DNA of 64,000 nt. Origin: Eledone cirrhosa (Eukaryota). The DNA is taken from positions 74,834,001-74,898,000 of the forward strand of contig OZ024745.1 of the NCBI GenBank assembly GCA_964016885.1, read 5' to 3'. Positions 12,690 through 22,756 of this stretch are shown one piece after another (within the stretch, counting starts at the first letter, position 1; every line of letters begins with the position of its first letter). A program made the position numbers and the translations under genes. Under the pieces are notes generated by a model, which did not search any database, was not told where the DNA came from, and saw only the letters and a list, made by a program, of their open reading frames with translations.

Positions 12690-14629
12690 GGCACCCCATC
12701 TGCCAACAAGTAATTGGTGTTTTTTTTTTGTATAAGTGCTTACATTTGCTGTATCCGTGTGCTATTTTTGTCCTTTTGACAATACCACATACGCCTCTGA
12801 GGTTGCTTTTGATATATGTTATAAATGTTCAATGTCTCCATTTTCCGCATTTATATGTTGCTATTACGCTTTGCTACGCGTGATCTTGCCAAGGCCGTTT
12901 TTGTGGCCACCGACTGTTACATGTTTTTCTAGGTTACAATCTCAAATAACAAGCAAAGCAAATATGACACACCAAAGTGGTGTGAAGGACTTCTTAAGGA
13001 CCACCACCTCTAATCGGAGTCATCTTTGCTGACAGCTCTGCCGCTGGGACTTTTAAGAGTGAACAATCCAAGGCTCTCTTTAGGGCCATCAACTTTAAAT
13101 TGTTACCATCGGATTGGTCTTTGCTGGCAGCACCGCCACAGAGATATTTCAAAGTGAACGTTCAAAGGCACTCTTTAGGGCCAACACCTATAAATTGTTA
13201 CTTCTATAGTCGTGTTTAACGGAAGTCTTTCGGTTCATTTGAATGACTACTCCATTGATATTTATACCGAGCGACGCCGGGTACCTCTGCTAGTTATTAA
13301 TATAGTGGCTGTGTGTTATTGTGGTTTATATATTTCATTACCTATGTGATCAGAGCAAATCACTTACTGAGGAATCATCACATCATCATCATCATAATAA
13401 ACACTGTTACTCCCTTACTTGCACACCCGCAATTTCTGTTCACACAGTATCAGGCACATCAACCTTTCTTCGCCTATACTTTACGGAACAATGACCATAT
13501 CACTGAGCAATCCACAAGTGAGTAAACACACAAGAACCAAATCTCCATAACACCACCATCCATCCTAGCATTAAACTCGCAATACATATGCTATCGGGTA
13601 AAATACTACCTACCAAATATAACAGTCAACACCTTAATAAACCCTCGCAGTTAATAGTATTATGATAGAAGATTATTTTAGATAAATATAAACATTGTAA
13701 AGATTATTTTAGATAAGTATAGACATTTTAAGGCAAACAGTTTTGTATCATAGAAACAAAGACAGTTTCAGGTTGTTTGACAGAAACGGAGTTATGAGTT
13801 CCTTATACTTCTCTCATCAATATCTGGGATTCATATCATGCTGTAGAGTATAGAAATATGTTTGTGAAGGTGTTGTAGATGATTATTAATTGTCTCCTTA
13901 AGAAATGTTAGACAATAGATTGGCAAACTAGTAACATGACTGTTATGTAAGGTTACTGCTGAGATCAATTTAGCCTTTATATCCTTCTGGTCGTTATCAT
14001 CAGTCATTGTCATCATCATGATAATTTACATCTATATTCCAGTATTGGACAGGCTGCTATGGTGCAATTCAGCTGTGGAGATTCTGGTGTCCTTGACCTT
14101 AGAGCCACTCCCTACTTACTCACCACCATCAGCACAGATTTGGCTACCTGCAGGTGTGAGCCTTGTGAGCTAGAATAGCTCTTCCAGTGTGTCTCCCTCA
14201 CCATCTTCCAGGGAAACACCTTCTCTGTTCTGTCCGTCAGCGCTTGGGCCCCCATTTGTTTATAATAGTGAGAGATGGGGTAGAGCGCGGGAGAGGTGGA
14301 GGCAGTGACTATGGCAGTTTGATTCCTTTGTGTGCAGACCTGGTGTCGTTATAGTCCCTTAACGGATCATGAATTCATTTCTTATTTGGAGATACTGCCC
14401 CATTCGATTTCTATGTAAACCTTCACATGTAATCTATTTTTATAATGTCCCTTCATCTGATGCCACTGTAGCAAATAGAAATCATCATCATTTAGCGGAC
14501 AAAAGACACCCAACAGTAATTACGTTTTAAATTCAAATATAAATGAGATCAATTTTGCCTTTCATACATACGAGATAGATTTAATCGACTCCACCTCCGC
14601 CCAAATTGTTGGCTAAACTAGAACCATTA

Positions 14630-15085
14630 AGGACTGTGGATTGGTAGTATCGGTATCGGTAGAGCGACGGATATGCTTCGCAGCGTAGAGTTACTCCCCT
14701 TTATGTTCTGGGTTCAAATCCCGCCGAGGTTAGCTTTGTCTTTTATCCTTATAGGGTTGATACAATAAAGTACCAGTAACACAGTGGGTCGATTTAATCG
14801 ACTTTCCACTCCCCCCAAATTGCTGGCCTTGTGCCTACAGTAAAAATCGTTATTATTAGCGTGGTAGCAAGAACAGTGGATTTGCAGGATGGTTAGAACG
14901 TCGGATAAAATGCCTTGCAGTATTTGTCCTGCCTCTTTATCTTCTGAGTTTAAATCCCGCCGAAGTCAATTTTACTTTTCATCCTTACAGGGTCGATAAA
15001 ATAAAGTACCAGTAACGCACTGAGGTCGATTTGATCGACATTGCTCCTCCCCTTCAAATTGCCTTGGCCCAAAAGTAGAAAAGAA
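14630..15085 (+). mobile_element. two tandem SINEs (second family, Nin/Deu-domain-like) just upstream of HOGA1
   Basis: Each copy has GTTCAAATCCCGCCGAGG...TTTCATCCTTA..GGGTCGATAAAATAAAGTACCAG-like sequence. Same family at 17140-17275(-), 31870-32285, 55760-55870 and 59730-59835. Confidence 0.75.
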
Positions 15086-15199
15086 GTAGGAGGGAAAAGT
15101 GGAGAGAGAGAGATGAGATAGAAAAACTGAAAACAAAATCAGACAGCGCACAGATGATAAGAGAAGTAAAATACGTCAGTGCTAGTCCGAAGAAAAATA

Positions 15200-15437
15200 A
15201 TGAATGTTAAAATGTCTATTAGAAGTTTGTTGTTATTTAAGAGATCATTCCGAGCTGGTCACCTCTGTATAACACCGTGTTGCCAGAATAGAACACAGCT
15301 GTCTACCAAGACGCAGAATACGCTTGATTTACGGGGTATATTCCCTCCTATAACGACACCTTTCAATGCCGACGAGACCATAGCTTTCGACAAACTTGAG
15401 AAGAATTTATCATTATGGAAGGACATACCATTCAAAG
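15200..15437 (+). CDS. HOGA1: 4-hydroxy-2-oxoglutarate aldolase, mitochondrial, exon 1
   Basis: Basic transit-peptide-like N-terminus then LDLRGIFPPITTPF (DHDPS/HOGA motif); donor G|gttcgc. Start could also be the ATG at 15212. Confidence 0.9.
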
Positions 15438-15689
15438 GTTCGCCGGTGTTTATTTAATTTATTTTGTTTCGCTAGTTGTTTCTGTTATTACTGTTCCTTA
15501 GAAGTCTTTATTATTTTTTTTATAGAGCATGTGTTTTATTCACAGTCGTATAAATAACATTACAAATTGTTTATAATTTTTACAGAATGAAAATATGAAC
15601 ACAAATATAAGCACATATAATAAATACAATTAATTATTGCTAAGAACCTCACAAATATGTATGATTAAAGCGAAAGAAAAACAAACAAA

Positions 15690-15945
15690 CAAAAACAACC
15701 GTCAATTCACCACCAAGAGCAACAATCGACCGCTCACCACAAACACAAGGGTCAACGGAAATTTTTTAGGCAAGCCAACACGCTCGCAGCATTACCACAG
15801 GTGATGGCGAGGCTAAGGTGCTGAAACAACCAACCACCCTCACGGGCATCACCTGACAACTCGGTAAACGAGCCGCCAACGATGACAAGAACTTCGCTGT
15901 CAGCAGCCCAGCTCCACCAAACGTCTCGAACACCACAAGCTGGAA
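15690..15945 (-). mobile_element. 3' fragment of a REL-endonuclease non-LTR retrotransposon (CRE-like)
   Basis: Minus strand reads GDAREGGWLFQHLSLAITCGNAASVLAC, homologous to the 16263-16720 fragment. Confidence 0.65.
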
Positions 15946-16170
15946 AAAATAGTTATTTGATGTGTGTGTTATTTTTTTAAATATTCATCTCGTGGAGACT
16001 GCTGAAAACTTCAACACCAGACTATTATATATATATATTCTAATATACATATTTCAAGGATACCATGTTAAATTATGGTATGCTTTTATCAGACAAAATA
16101 CAATATATACCAGTTTTATAAATAAATATTGACATACCCTTTCAAAATGCAACCGTTACTTTTGAAGTAA

Positions 16171-16216
<46 letters not shown>

Positions 16217-16262
16217 CAAAGTGAAAGCAAGCCCTATATTCTGAAATCACCTTAGAACCATC

Positions 16263-16720
16263 TGGGTTGTCCAGAAGTGACGGCAAAAGACCTGACGGCC
16301 TTACCCTGTGCCCCTGGTCGAGAGGCAGGTGCCTTGTCTGGGACGTCACTGTTAGGGACTCTTTTGTGCTTTCCCACATCAAGACGAGAGCCACAGCTTC
16401 CGCAGCCGAGCGGAGTAAGACCCTCAAATACTCTGATCTGTCGGCCAGCTACATTTTTCAGCCTGTAGGAAAGTCGGGCTGCTGACTGCGAGGTTCTTCT
16501 CTAATAGAGGTAACTGGCGAATCTCGCGAGGGCGCTTGGTTGTTCCAGCGAATTAGCCTAGTAAATCACTCGAGGCAACGCTGCGAGTGTGCTAGCTTGC
16601 CTCAAAAATCATTAAAGAGATTGCCCTGTACCCCTCGCTGCTGTCTTTTGCTCTGGTGTTGGCTCGATTGTTCATCCGTTCCTTTACATTTTCTTTAATA
16701 TTGTAACATTAAAATAATAT
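16263..16720 (+). mobile_element. 3' fragment of a REL-endonuclease non-LTR retrotransposon (CRE-like)
   Basis: RSDGKRPDGLTLCPWSRGRCLVWDVTV (PD-(D/E)xK-like motif) followed by WLFQRISL..RGNAASV. Other decayed copies at ~14086-14340 and ~37690-38400. Confidence 0.75.
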
Positions 16721-16906
16721 ATCTTCCTGAAAGAATCGCGAGCAATTTATAATGTTATCTAAGCATTTGTAATGTTATTTATGTATATACATATACACTT
16801 TATGCATAAACTAATATGCGACCTTTCATATTATGGTTTTAAGTTTTATATAAAACATTTATTATATAGTTTATTTGCAGTTTTCTCATAAATTTTAGTC
16901 CAAATT

Positions 16907-17287
16907 TACCAAACTATATATCAAACAAGTGTGTATGGTGATGTGGGTTGTTAGAAACCCATCAGAACAAAGGCACTTGTTAAGCAACATGTAACCAGCG
17001 ACTATCAAGCAGACACTTAGAAATTCTGGCATAAAACCATTGAGAGTTAAGCACCCTTTAATTCTCGTGATAGCAGGTCTCTAGAAAAAGGTTACTTCCG
17101 TCTGAGATATCATGCTTTCGGCTTCTCTCTTAGCTTAAATAATTGTTTCTACTTTTGGCACAAGGCCAGCTTGTACTCAGTGTATTACTGGTACTTTATT
17201 TTATCGACCCCGTAAGGAGGAAAGGCAAAGTTAACCTCGGCGGGATTTGAACTCAGAATGGCAAGGGCCGTAAAGAGTCGTTTTGAT

Positions 17288-17321
<34 letters not shown>

Positions 17322-17377
17322 TACCGTAAACTCTTGGTAGATTTATCTACATATATATATATAGTCGTTTTGATGAC

Positions 17378-17409
<32 letters not shown>

Positions 17410-17858
17410 AGTGGTTACACAACAGTTAGTTCACCATACCGAGAACACTTCTACCTAACTCGTCCCTTGGACTGAGTGCTCTACCACCACGGATATTACC
17501 TTCCAGTGTTCCACCACTATATATATATATATATGCTTATCTTGAACTTTCCCTCTTTCCCTGCGTTAAATCATTATTATTATTATTATTATTTTTAATG
17601 TAATTAAGTAAAAAAGATATTATTAACATTGAATAAATAATATTGTTATTTTATTGAATTATATTGATTCGGTAGTTTCGTTTTCATATTCATAATTATA
17701 TTTTTTATTATTTAATTTTTTTAATTTTTTTTTTACATTATTTAATATTATAATGCTTGATAGTCGCTGGTTACATGTTGTTTAACAAGTGCCTTTGTTC
17801 TAATTGATTTCTAACAACCCTCCTCACCACACACACTTGTTTGATATATAGTTTGGTG
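16907..17858. mobile_element. non-autonomous TIR element with 104-bp terminal inverted repeats
   Basis: 16908-17011 is the approximate reverse complement of 17754-17857. Candidate 3-bp TSD ATT. Interior holds a SINE and (TA)n tracts. Confidence 0.7.
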
Positions 17859-18432
17859 ATTTCAGAGTATAGGGTTCGCTTCCACTTTGTCAATATTATC
17901 CTCATCATCATCATTTAGCATCCAGTTTTCTATGTAGGCATGGGTTGGACGGGTCGTCATGACCAAGTGACTATTTAATCGAAGTTTCTGTCCTCCCAGG
18001 CAGATTGGGGGCACGTTTCGCCGACACATGTTCCGATTTCTACAACTAAATGCCCTTTCTATCACCAACCACTTTACCGATGGTATTGGGTGCATTTTAT
18101 CTTTGCACCAGCACCAGGGAGGTTGTCATGTCCTTGAATGCACAACCTCAAGTTGACCCAAGTTTTGTGAGTATAATTGAGCAGACGGAAACTATATGGT
18201 AACTAATAAAATGCATACATGAAATTCGAAGGTGTAGCCTACATTATGGCTAGACGTGTTTCGATAATACTCAATCACTTTGAATACTAATTCAAATTGT
18301 CTTTTAAGTAGTGACCCTGTCACAGCTACATCAGGATAAGGATGGTTGACGCATTATTTCATTTTTGTTACACTTCGTCTCCACTCAAGCCCAGATGTGG
18401 TATGGAAGACTTATAGATTTGGTAAACAGAAC

Positions 18433-18564
18433 TGTAGTGACCTACATTCCGCGGGCTCACATACATTCTCTGTGCGTGATTTGGCTCAGCTCAGCCAATC
18501 AGCGCCAGTAGAAGAGGATGTATCCCTACGCGTCCTGAGGGAGAAATTACCCGCGAAGATTTGA
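18433..18564 (+). repeat. truncated 5' LTR (132 bp)
   Basis: Starts TGTAGTG, contains a CCAAT box, and is identical to 19871-20002. Confidence 0.85.
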
Positions 18565-18572
18565 TCTTAAAG

Positions 18573-19786
18573 TCAGGAATTCCTCATGAGTTCCAGCAGT
18601 CCTGGGTACGCCTCTGTTCGCTGGGCTTCTGATATAGCCTCGTTGAAGGCTTGGCCTAGGGTTCCCGATCTAACCTTGGTCAACTGATTCTTTCTGAATG
18701 TCGATATGAAGCTGGACGGATTTGGGTACTGATCCAAAAGCTGGATCATCAGTCCAGCTATCATGTATCCTGCATGTTTAGTATCTGCCACAGCCGCCTC
18801 TTCTGCCAATGCTTCATCTGGAACAAAGTGGTGCTTGTATGATTTGGACTGGAAGGCGACTCTGAAAGCAAGTGCATCCATGAGTGCACCTTCCACATGT
18901 CCCGGCTCTATGTTCTTAGAATAAATAAACCGTTTGTCTTTGTCTAAACATCCTATCATACCGAAAAAAGTGTGCAAGTACGGGTTCGATCCTGCAGAAA
19001 ATACACATTTGTTGATTAGTCCCAGGGACTTTTGGTAAGGGAAAATCCCTGTATCTGATGCTCCCGCACTTAAGGATTTTAGCACTCTCATGGTCTCATT
19101 AACTCCTGCGTCATTGACCACCAAACAAACCAGATCTGTTATGGTTAGGTTGAGTGTTTCTCTGAAGTGATCAAGGACCTCTATGATATGCATCCCTTCA
19201 TATCTCGCCAATATGGTCCCCCTTCTCAGCAGCGACAGATCATGTATGTTATAACTGTAAAGGAAATAATCTATCGCTGCCATTACTTGAAATATCTGAT
19301 CGTTCCTGACTATATGGCTCAGGGCACCGTTGAGGAGCATGTCCTGGTCGTATCTGTATGGGTGCGTCATGCGATGATTATTGAAGGCCTTGATTATGTT
19401 TTGCTTATAATCCCCCACCTCCAGAACGGTGCCCGCATTCTCCACCTTGTAAAGGGTGACTATATACAGCATTAGCCCGTGGAGGTTGTTGCGGTTGGTG
19501 TGGGGAAGCTGGCATCTTCGGTGATGTTGAAGAAGTCAGCAGGGGTAACTGACTCTTTCTGTCTGATAAAGTCATAGTTTTGGAGATCAGTATTTATATC
19601 AAATTTGAGGTAGGACTGGCAGTATTTGATCATAAAATAGAGTATATGTTTCGGGAGGATCTCTTGTGTGTTGGCTTTTGTCAGAATGAAATCATGTGCT
19701 GCCTTGACATCCCCTCCAGAGAAAATGATTATCTGTTGGGGCTGGAACACCTCATTTTTTTTTCTTGCATGCATCCTTCTGCTCAA
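18573..19786 (-). pseudogene. endogenous viral element: rhabdovirus-like nucleoprotein (N), frameshifted at ~19472
   Basis: Intronless ORFs of 104 aa and 299 aa, colinear with vesiculovirus N motifs: LYIVTLYKV~LYLLGLYRV; MAAIDYFL..HDLSLLRRGTILARYEG~VAAVDMFF..HECASFRYGTIVSRFKD; FPYQKSLGLINKCVFSAGSNPYLH~MPYLIDFGLSSKSPYSSVKNPAFH; RSGTLGQ~REKTIGK. Confidence 0.88.
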
Positions 19787-19858
19787 TTATTTTTTAAACT
19801 GATGTGCTCTTTCAGCATTTTTTCTTGCTGATTCAATAATCTATATCGACTACCATCT

Positions 19859-19867
19859 AGGAGGGGG
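19859..19867 (+). promoter_or_regulatory. polypurine tract (plus-strand primer site)
   Basis: AGGAGGGGG ends 3 nt before the TG of the right LTR. Confidence 0.75.
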
Positions 19868-19870
19868 TAT

Positions 19871-20235
19871 TGTAGTGACCTACATTCCGCGGGCTCACAT
19901 ACATTCTCTGTGCGTGATTTGGCTCAGCTCAGCCAATCAGCGCCAGTAGAAGAGGATGTATCCCTACGCGTCCTGAGGGAGAAATTACCCGCGAAGATTT
20001 GAAGAATCTCTCTCTCGAACCAGCAACACGTACAACATATGAAGTGAGATTTTGCACCTTAGCCTGCCGGCTTTCCGGCGCAATGGCACATTCCCTTTTG
20101 TAACCTCATTTTTATGTGTAACTTCAACCATACAAGTTAACCAACATTATTTGTGCTACAACAAAAATAAACATACATTTCATCTCTAATTTCTGCTGTT
20201 GACATCATTATTATGTTACTCGTGTCTCAATAACA
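19871..20235 (+). repeat. full-length 3' LTR (~365 bp)
   Basis: TGTAGTGA...TCAATAACA imperfect inverted termini, CCAAT box, AATAAA at 20166-20171, preceded by a PPT. Confidence 0.75.
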
Positions 20236-21268
20236 TTTATAAACTATGCTGCCAAAGAACGTTATTGGTAAAGGCGTTTATCCCGATGTTAAGGTAACTG
20301 AAATAATCATAGCTTAAAATGCTCATAACGTGACTAAATGTATAAACATATGGTATACATAATACCAAATACATAAACATGGTATTATTCTGAATCACGT
20401 TGCCTTAGTGATTATTATTTCAGATACATTTCAAAAAGAACTATGGAAAATGGAGACAATAAGAAATAAAATACCATAGATAAGGTCAGCATCTGGGTAT
20501 TTAGTGCCCTAGGCTAGCTAGCCCTTCAATGTGCACTCTTTTCTCCTAAATAAAATTTCAACTTAAAATTTGCCAAGGCAAGAAACATAGCTCTTAACAC
20601 TGCTTGCTCTGATCACACTAAGAAAATTACCAAGCCTGCATTTTGCACTACAGAGTCTAAACTCACATATGCCAGATCATGTGATGGGTCATAATACAAT
20701 ATGACTCTCTCCATGACTCTTTTGCTATGCAGCAAAAATGTTTAGTGATTTATTTATTGATTGTAGAAAATTATTTTTTATTAAAGTTAATTTGGTGGGA
20801 AGTGAACAGACCTACCTTGCGTCTCCACTTGAACCCAGACTGAATGTCCCTACACCAACATCCACGTGACTTACATCCAGCCAAGAATTACAATCATAAC
20901 TCATCCTCATCAGGCTACGATCTGACAAAAAAGAGACAGTGACAGGCACCCAAACCCTGATGTGACCTCACTGGTCCCTCGCTTCCAACAAGACCTCCCC
21001 CACTCCTTTTCGACAGCCCCACAGTTAATTATACAAATTTGTTTAAAACTGTGAGCCTTTTAAGATTCAATAATGCACTCTATGCAACTTCTTAGCCTTA
21101 ATTGTAGCACTAGACCTGACCACAGAACTAACCAACTATTAACAATAGCCACTTAGTTCATCTTTTTCTGAATCACAATGACATACATGATCTGGTGCTT
21201 ATCTACACCTTTCATAGTATTAAGCAGATGAGAGAGAAATGTTCTCCTATGAAAGATTATATATATAT

Positions 21269-21595
21269 GGAGGCACATGGCTTAGTGGTTAGAGCATTGG
21301 CCTTGCAATCGAAAGGTTGTGAGTTCAATTCTCAGACCAGGTGATGTGTTGTTTCCTTGAGCAAGAGACTTTATTTCACATTGCTCCAGTTTACTCAGCT
21401 GTAGAAATGAGATGATAGGGACTGCAAAGTGGTCGTGGAGGTGCCACGGCAAAAAAGCACCCAGCACTCACTGTAAATGAGGTTGGTGTTAGGAAGGGCA
21501 TCCAGCTGTAGAAATCAAGCCAAAATCAGTTCCCGTCCCACCCTTGCAAGCAGGGAAAAAGCGAACGTAAAAATGAAATGATGATGATGATGATG
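21269..21595 (+). mobile_element. tRNA-derived SINE with RTE-like tail
   Basis: A-box TGGCTTAGTGG, B-box GAGTTCAATTC, core, RTE-like tail and (GAT)n end; follows a (TA)n tract. Confidence 0.85.
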
Positions 21596-21599
21596 TCTG

Positions 21600-22145
21600 T
21601 GTGTGTTATGGAAGATGAAAATAAAATTAAATAGGGAGGAATATGTTAAGATTGATGGCGAAAAAAAAATACTGTTGAAACAAAATAAAAACTGCCATCA
21701 AATTAAAGCACAACTGGTCTGATATTGTTTTTTAGGACCACACATTAAAAACATGCTTTGTTATAGAAGTCAGCTGCTCACTTGATGTTAGTGAGGTAAG
21801 AAAAATGCAAGAGAAGGAGGATATTTACAGATCATTTATAAGGAGTTTTCAGATCCAGTATCCAAGATACACATTCAGCTTTATACCTGTTATTACTGGA
21901 GCTACAGGTTATATACCAACCCACCTGGACCAAAGTATAATTGAACTTGGATTTGTGGAGGAAGAACGTACCTCTTTAATTCATAAGCTACAAATGGCTG
22001 TGCATCTGGAACCTTCAAAATCTATAAAACATTCTTCTTACGCAAGAGACAATGACAATTTCCTTTTCTTTACAACCTTGCCGCCGGAAAGGTTGCCAGT
22101 CAAATATTAGTATGAACTCAAAATTAAGAAAAAGAGAAAACATAC
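21600..22145 (+). mobile_element. 3' remnant of a REL-type non-LTR retrotransposon (R4/NeSL-like)
   Basis: IEVSC...KEDIY...FIPVITGATGYIP resembles the C-terminal REL endonuclease region; ends in a (CATA)n-like tract. Confidence 0.55.
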
Positions 22146-22202
22146 ATACAAACATACAAACACACAAACACACATTAAGATTTTTTATTTTTTTCTCAAC
22201 AG

Positions 22203-22334
22203 GTTACACTCTGATGGGCTCAAATGGAGAATATGTCCTTCTAAGTCTAGAAGAACGATTGGATATTGTACAGAAAGTGATCAGTTTTACAAAAGATGAC
22301 AACAAAATCATAATGGTTGGCACTGGTTGTGAAT
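22203..22334 (+). CDS. HOGA1: HOGA1 exon 2
   Basis: AG/GT boundaries in phase. Encodes GYTLMGSNGEYVLLSLEERLDIV...IMVGTGCE. Confidence 0.95.
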
Positions 22335-22443
22335 GTAAGAGTTTCATTTCATTTTTCTTGTATAGTGGCATGTTGAAACCACTTGTCTGTTGAGCTGTAT
22401 CCTCTTTCTATCTCTTCTGCTATGATATTCCCTGTTCCTCTAT

Positions 22444-22756
22444 ACTCTTGGGTCCCAAATAATCGGGATCGGTAATTTTCCTAGGTTGTCTCCGCTGATT
22501 TTTTAAAAACCAGAATTAGTCGTTTAGTTTACATATTGAGACCCTAACTCATCCTATTTATTTTATAACATGGGATTTCTAGTAATGTACTTTTTTTGTC
22601 ATGTATAATGTTTTTTAATGTCTAAAAGAAATTGTCGCTGGAATGCTACCACTTAAAATAAAATTTCACCCAAGTTAGATTTAATAAGCGGGGTGAGGAT
22701 GAGGGGATCTGGAAAATTAATAAGCGGGAGGGGACCATTATTCGAGACCCGAGAGT
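22444..22756. mobile_element. TA-flanked MITE (Tc1/mariner-type)
   Basis: TA|CTCTTGGGTCCCAAATAA...TTATTCGAGACCCGAGAG|TA. Related copies at ~24852-25214 (opposite orientation), ~46773, ~55932-56212 and ~59281. Confidence 0.75.

Larger units (their letters stand above)
6496..13293 (+). mobile_element. decayed autonomous-type Helitron (RepHel)
   Basis: 5' TCTATA(...)TATATATATAAAACAGAAGATGTCTGTCTGTC; 3' hairpin CCGAGCGACGCCGG then CTAG at 13290-13293; inserted between A and T; RepHel remnants inside. Confidence 0.88.
18433..20235 (+). mobile_element. LTR-retrotransposon/rhabdovirus chimeric insertion (partial LTR - antisense viral N - PPT - full LTR)
   Basis: Identical 132-bp direct repeats, PPT AGGAGGGGG before the second copy, TG...CA ends, and no gag/pol. 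Right boundary is inferred. Confidence 0.8.

Noticed and set aside
18346-18564. 72-aa ORF running into the LTR
   Set aside because: Chance frame across the host/LTR junction with a non-ATG start.
19167-19475. 102-aa + strand ORF, and 19580-19831
   Set aside because: Antisense shadows of the viral N frame with no recognisable motifs.
19750-19775. Rhabdovirus gene-end/polyadenylation signal (minus strand ATGCAAGAAAAAAAAA)
   Set aside because: It lies inside the N-terminal coding region, does not match TATGA7/TGA7 well, and has no AACAG gene start after it.
21269-21345. tRNA gene
   Set aside because: A/B boxes are present but continue into a SINE core and tail, and there are many diverged copies.
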